DNA of 64,000 nucleotides from Haemophilus parahaemolyticus (GTDB lineage Bacteria; Pseudomonadota; Gammaproteobacteria; Enterobacterales; Pasteurellaceae): NCBI RefSeq assembly GCF_938021905.1, contig NZ_CALIFA010000030.1, positions 22,483 to 86,482 of the forward strand, read 5' to 3'. Shown piece by piece: positions 58,411 to 64,000 of this stretch (position 1 is its first letter; each line of letters starts with the position of its first letter). The notes under the pieces were generated by a model. It saw only the letters and a program-made list of their open reading frames with translations, ran no database searches and was not told where the DNA came from. The position numbers and the translations under genes were made by a program.

Positions 58411-58500
58411 AGAGTTGCTAATAAAATGAAAAGAGTTGGGGTTAAATAGAAAATGGACATAAGCTGATGTCCATTTCTATTTTTGAATAATTAGCCGATA

Positions 58501-59580
<1,080 letters not shown>

Positions 59581-59688
59581 TCACGCACCACCGACCGCTC
59601 CAAAGCGATCCAAAAATTGCCGTATAATATAGCAAAAAATAGGCATTTATTTCAACGAATAATTTGGACGTTTTGAGATAAACTTTAC

Positions 59689-60315
59689 TTAAAGTTGCAT
59701 TATTAAACGCCAAGCATAAATGACAAGACTTGCTGCAATCACAAACATTATCACACCCGTAATAAAATCTAGCATCTGCCAAGTATGGCGTTTAGCAAGG
59801 TAAGGGGCAAAAAATCCCGCTCCATAACCTATCCCAAAAAACCAAATGAATGAGCAACTTAATGCTCCAAATAAAAAAGCAATTTTCTCGCTGAAAGCGA
59901 GTTTTCCTCCAATCGCACCTAAAATCGCTACCGTATCAATATAAACGTGCGGATTTAAAAACGTAACCGCAAAAGTAACCATCAAGATACGTTTTAAACT
60001 TGTTATATTTTCACTACTCTGCGTTAAAGCTCCATCTGCTTTAAATATATTTAGAAAAGATCGACTTCCATACGTAAAAAGAAAAACAGCTCCAAGAATA
60101 GCTAGAAGCAAGCTCACAACAGGTAATCGACTAATCAATTCTCCAAGCCCTAATACACCAACCGTCATCAAAAACACATCGCCTAGAAAACAAATTAATG
60201 CAACAGCAAAAACGTGCTGTTTTAAAATGCCTTGCTTAAGTAAAAAAGCATTTTGTGCCCCAATGGAAACAATCAACCCAAAGCAAACAATTAGACCTTG
60301 AATAAAAAACTCCAT
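59689..60315 (-). CDS. argO: LysE-family arginine exporter ArgO
   Basis: From MEFFIQGL (ATG 60315, SD ggagag). 6-TM LysE fold, collinear with E. coli ArgO. Confidence 0.8.
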   Translation of the reverse strand: MEFFIQGLIVCFGLIVSIGAQNAFLLKQGILKQHVFAVALICFLGDVFLMTVGVLGLGELISRLPVVSLLLAILGAVFLFTYGSRSFLNIFKADGALTQSSENITSLKRILMVTFAVTFLNPHVYIDTVAILGAIGGKLAFSEKIAFLFGALSCSFIWFFGIGYGAGFFAPYLAKRHTWQMLDFITGVIMFVIAASLVIYAWRLIMQL

Positions 60316-60395
60316 TATACTCTCCAAAAAATAAGCGATTCATTTTCGTAAAACTCTTACAAAAATCAACCGCTTGTATATTTTAAATCAACTTA

Positions 60396-62387
60396 TTACT
60401 CAACTACTTGCCCTACAATTGAGCGGGTATCCAAACGCACTTCCGTAAGTTTTACTTTCACTTTCTGCCCGATTTGGTAGGTTTTTTCGCCTTTGATGTA
60501 AATCGCTAACTCTTCAGGGCGGAAATCCATTTCGGCTTTCTCATCGTGAAGGCTTGAGAACGGGACAAAAATAGAGGCGCCATTTTCAATCACTCTTGCA
60601 CGCAAACCACCACGGGAAACATCAGCAAGTTCGCACTCAAATTCAACCGCTTGTTCCACCATTGGATGCAAGTAGCGAGCGTAAAGCCAATCTGCAATAT
60701 CGCGTTCTACCATTCGGTTTTGCTTACGTGCTTCTTGCAAGCGGTCTAAAATACTCTGCTCTACACCATGTACCTCTTTATCTACCAACACTTGCTTAAT
60801 TAAACGGTGATTTACCATATCGCCATATTTACGGATTGGTGAAGTCCAAGTCGCATAATGGCTAATACCCAAGCCAAAGTGCGGAGCAACTTCTGCTTTA
60901 AATTCAGCAAACGTGAGATAGCGACGCAAACGTAGTTCCAAGAAGTTTTCAGGGAACTCGCGCACATCACGTTGCATTGCACAATAGCCTTCTAATGTTG
61001 CCAATTTTTCTGCCGAATAACGATCATTAAGCTCAGAAAGTTGATCTTCTGCTGTGGTTTCATCGGTTAAAGTATTTAACAAGAAGGTTCTAACGGCTTC
61101 CATATTTTTCGGGTCGAAGCCTGCGTGCGTGTTAAATACGCCCGTTTTTGCGTGATTTGCCAAGAATTGTGCCGCACAAATATTGGCTATAATCATACAC
61201 TCTTCGATGATTTGGTTAGCAATACGGCGGAATTCTAAGTGAATTTCACGCACAGAACCATCTTCATTTAACTCAAATGAATAATCGCCTTGCTCATTGA
61301 ACATCAAGGCATTTTCTTTACGCCAGTTGATGCGAGCTTGGGTGAATTGATATAGCCAATCAATCTGCTGTTTCACTTGTTCATTTTCAGGCTGCCACGC
61401 ATTTTCCACGCTCTCCAAATAATCTGAAACATGGTCGTAAACCAATTTTGCTTTGCTCTCTACCCACGCAGAAACAAACTCCACCTCTTTGCTGATATTA
61501 CCCGCTAAATCGGTTTCGATATAACCCACTAATGCAGGGCGTTTCGCATTAGGCACAAGTGAGCAAAGATCATCCGATAATTCACGCGGTAACATTGGAA
61601 TGTTAAAGCCAGGTAAGTAGTTGGTAAAACAACGTTGGCGAGCCGCTTTTTCAATCGCTGAATTTTCAGGAATATAGGCAGTCGGATCGGCAATTGCCAC
61701 CACTAAACGCCAACCTGTTTGCGTACCATTTTCTTCAATTGGCTTGATAAACAAAGCATCATCCATGTCTTGCGTACTTTCGCTGTCAATGGTGGTGAAA
61801 TAAAGATCGGTTAAATCTTGACGTGTTAATTCATCATTTAAACTATAACTTTTCTCGGTTGCCACAGGCTCACGCGGTTGTTCGTGGCGAGCCAACGTTA
61901 CCCACCACGGGGCGAAATTATCGCTTTCGTGGCAAATAAATTGCGTCACTTGAGCAAAGAAAAAGCGATCATCACGCAATGGGTGGGTTTTAAGTTGCGC
62001 CACAACCCAATCGCCATTTTCCAATTTTTCTTTTACACTTTTGTGCGTATTGGCTGAAATGATATTTTTAATGCTTGGATGATCCACCACAAGCTGTAAT
62101 TTACCCTCGCGATTGTAGCGAACTTGAGCGATAAAGCGCTCTAATATCGGTTCAATTAAGCTATCAATTTCTACTGAAGCCTTATCACCCTCACGTTTTA
62201 CCACCGTTTTTACGGTATCACCGTGCATCACTTTTTTCATTTCCGTAGGCGGAATAAAAAAGCTCTCTTTTTCGCATTCTAAAAAGCCGTAAGATTTATC
62301 GGTCGCTTTAACGCGTCCTTCCGCATATTCTTTATTAGCTTCCATTTGTTGTTTTAATTGAGTCAAAAGGGGATTGTTTGAAAACAT
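60396..62387 (-). CDS. rnb: Exoribonuclease II
   Basis: 663 aa. Collinear with E. coli RNase II from MFSNNPLLTQLKQQ through the RNB catalytic domain and C-terminal S1 domain. Confidence 0.95.
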   Translation of the reverse strand: MFSNNPLLTQLKQQMEANKEYAEGRVKATDKSYGFLECEKESFFIPPTEMKKVMHGDTVKTVVKREGDKASVEIDSLIEPILERFIAQVRYNREGKLQLVVDHPSIKNIISANTHKSVKEKLENGDWVVAQLKTHPLRDDRFFFAQVTQFICHESDNFAPWWVTLARHEQPREPVATEKSYSLNDELTRQDLTDLYFTTIDSESTQDMDDALFIKPIEENGTQTGWRLVVAIADPTAYIPENSAIEKAARQRCFTNYLPGFNIPMLPRELSDDLCSLVPNAKRPALVGYIETDLAGNISKEVEFVSAWVESKAKLVYDHVSDYLESVENAWQPENEQVKQQIDWLYQFTQARINWRKENALMFNEQGDYSFELNEDGSVREIHLEFRRIANQIIEECMIIANICAAQFLANHAKTGVFNTHAGFDPKNMEAVRTFLLNTLTDETTAEDQLSELNDRYSAEKLATLEGYCAMQRDVREFPENFLELRLRRYLTFAEFKAEVAPHFGLGISHYATWTSPIRKYGDMVNHRLIKQVLVDKEVHGVEQSILDRLQEARKQNRMVERDIADWLYARYLHPMVEQAVEFECELADVSRGGLRARVIENGASIFVPFSSLHDEKAEMDFRPEELAIYIKGEKTYQIGQKVKVKLTEVRLDTRSIVGQVVE

Positions 62388-62461
62388 AATTCTCTCTTAA
62401 TAAAAAGCCCACCCTGTACAAGGGCGGGCAAAAATGGTTAATTTTAGTTCAACTTAGGCAA

Positions 62462-63250
62462 TTATTCCGCACTAATATCACCCATTGCCACGATGCTAAA
62501 ACCTGCATCTACGTGAACCACTTCACCAGTAATACCACCAGCTAAGTCTGAACATAAGAATGCAGCTGAGTTACCCACATCTTCAATCGTTACAGTACGG
62601 CGTAAAGGAGCTGTTTTCTCAAAATTAGACAACATTTTTTTGAAGTCTTTAATACCAGAAGCTGCTAAAGTACGGATTGGACCTGCAGAAATCGCATTTA
62701 CACGGATACTTTCTTTACCTAAATCTGCTGCCATTACGCGTGTACTTGCTTCTAATGACGCTTTTGCTAAACACATTACGTTGTAGTTAGGAATTGCACG
62801 CTCAGCACCTAAGTATGAAAGGGTTAATAACGCTGAGTTAGGGTTTAAAAATGGGCGAGCCGCTTGTGCCATTGCTACAAAGCTATATGCACTAATGTCG
62901 TGTGCAATGCGGAAACCTTCACGCGTTGCTGCTGCCACATAGTCGCCATCTAATTGGTCTGCTGGTGCAAAACCAATTGAGTGAACGAAACCGTCAAATT
63001 TTTCCCAACGTTGGCTTAATTGTGCGAAACAATCTGTGATGTTTTGATCTTCGGCAACATCCATCGGTAAAATGATGTCTGAACCGAACTCTTTTGCGAA
63101 CTCTTCTACACGACCTTTTAATTTATCGTTTAAATAAGTGAACGCAAGTTCCGCACCTTCGCGGTGCATCGCTTGTGCAATACCGTATGCGATTGAACGA
63201 TTGCTTGCTAAACCTGTGATTAAAATGCGTTTACCAGTTAAAAAACCCAT
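62462..63250 (-). CDS. fabI: Enoyl-[acyl-carrier-protein] reductase (NADH)
   Basis: 262 aa. SDR fold with the FabI Y-x6-K catalytic region, and an N-terminus [13 protein letters not shown]. Confidence 0.95.
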   Translation of the reverse strand: MGFLTGKRILITGLASNRSIAYGIAQAMHREGAELAFTYLNDKLKGRVEEFAKEFGSDIILPMDVAEDQNITDCFAQLSQRWEKFDGFVHSIGFAPADQLDGDYVAAATREGFRIAHDISAYSFVAMAQAARPFLNPNSALLTLSYLGAERAIPNYNVMCLAKASLEASTRVMAADLGKESIRVNAISAGPIRTLAASGIKDFKKMLSNFEKTAPLRRTVTIEDVGNSAAFLCSDLAGGITGEVVHVDAGFSIVAMGDISAE

Positions 63251-63308
63251 AATTTTTCCTCTTTAAAAATTTTTGCAAATTATATAGAAATTTCGACCGC
63301 TTGGGGGA

Positions 63309-64000
63309 TTATTTCTGCTTGGTCGGACGTTTCCAGCCTTGAATATGTTTTTGTGCCACGCGGGTGATGACTAATTCGCCTTCGCCTACGTTTTTGGTAA
63401 TGGTCGCACCTGCACCAATGGTTGCACCTTTGGCAATTTCCACAGGAGCAACTAATTGGCTGTCTGAACCGACGAATACATCATCACCAATAACGGTTTT
63501 GAATTTGTTTGCTCCATCGTAGTTGCAAGTAATCACGCCCGCACCTACATTCACATTGCTACCAATTTCTGCATCGCCAATGTAGGTTAAGTGATTCACT
63601 TTTGAGCCTTTACCCACAATCGCTTTTTTGATTTCCACGAAGTTGCCCACGTGTGCTTCTTCGGCTAATTCTGCCCCTGGGCGTAAGCGTGAGAATGGAC
63701 CAATCGCTGATCTAGCTCCAACTACCGCATATTCTAACACAGAATAAGGTTTAATTTCAACGTTATCGCTGATCACCACATTTTTCAATACGCAACCTGC
63801 ACCGATTTTTACATTGTTGCCAAGTTTAATGTCGCCTTCTAAAATCACGTTCACATCAATGGTCACATCTTTACCGTGTTCAATCGTTCCGCGAATATCG
63901 AAACGATTTGGATCAAGTAAAGTCACACCTGCAAGCATCAATTTTTCAGCTTGTTTTTTTTGGTAAAAACGCTCAAGAGTAGCTTGTTGCTGACGGTTAT
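63309..64000 (-). CDS. glmU: Bifunctional GlmU, C-terminal acetyltransferase (left-handed beta-helix) portion; the 5' part lies beyond the window end
   Basis: Hexapeptide-repeat domain (…[18 protein letters not shown]…) ending ...[10 protein letters not shown]. The ORF runs off the right edge. Confidence 0.9.
   Translation of the reverse strand, partial: NRQQQATLERFYQKKQAEKLMLAGVTLLDPNRFDIRGTIEHGKDVTIDVNVILEGDIKLGNNVKIGAGCVLKNVVISDNVEIKPYSVLEYAVVGARSAIGPFSRLRPGAELAEEAHVGNFVEIKKAIVGKGSKVNHLTYIGDAEIGSNVNVGAGVITCNYDGANKFKTVIGDDVFVGSDSQLVAPVEIAKGATIGAGATITKNVGEGELVITRVAQKHIQGWKRPTKQK

Overview
This 64 kb window is a chromosomal segment from a Pasteurellaceae genome. The uptake signal sequence is the Actinobacillus/Mannheimia/Glaesserella type (ACAAGCGGT), it is abundant, and it often occurs as inverted pairs that double as terminators. 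Most of the window is densely packed core housekeeping genes in recognisable conserved clusters: sspAB, purE-purK, tsaB, DAHP synthase, ftsK-lrp, rnd, glnE, rpsO, yciH-pyrF-lapBA-ihfB-rpsA-cmk, degS, mazG, cpxRA, macB, pmbA/yjgA, pepN, lpxL, hpf, truA, folE, kdkA, lrgAB, yoaA, znuB, rarA, mreBCD, argO, rnb, fabI and the glmU 3' end. Two things stand out. (1) At the far left (about 40-3540) there is an AT-rich cassette with no visible uptake signal sequence: a divergent XRE-family regulator, then an apparent operon encoding a NaChBac-like voltage-gated sodium channel, a WYL-domain regulator and a coiled-coil/glycine-zipper membrane protein, closed by a terminator hairpin. A BacNav channel physically coupled to a WYL sensor-regulator and a glycine-zipper protein is not an arrangement I recognise. 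It is my best candidate for an undescribed, possibly defence-related or abortive-infection-like, membrane-depolarisation module. (2) A 1505-aa IgA1-protease/Hap-type S6 autotransporter lies directly downstream of pepN with a hairpin occluding its ribosome-binding site. Smaller oddities: an asparaginase-like gene inserted between purE and purK behind a PurR-box-like palindrome; a TrpR-box-like palindrome upstream of DAHP synthase; a REP-like approximately 28-nt stem-loop repeat seen three times; an orphan macB after cpxRA; and znuB with no znuC, followed by hemerythrin-like, secreted and TusA-like small genes. No CRISPR array, rRNA or tRNA genes or transposases were seen.
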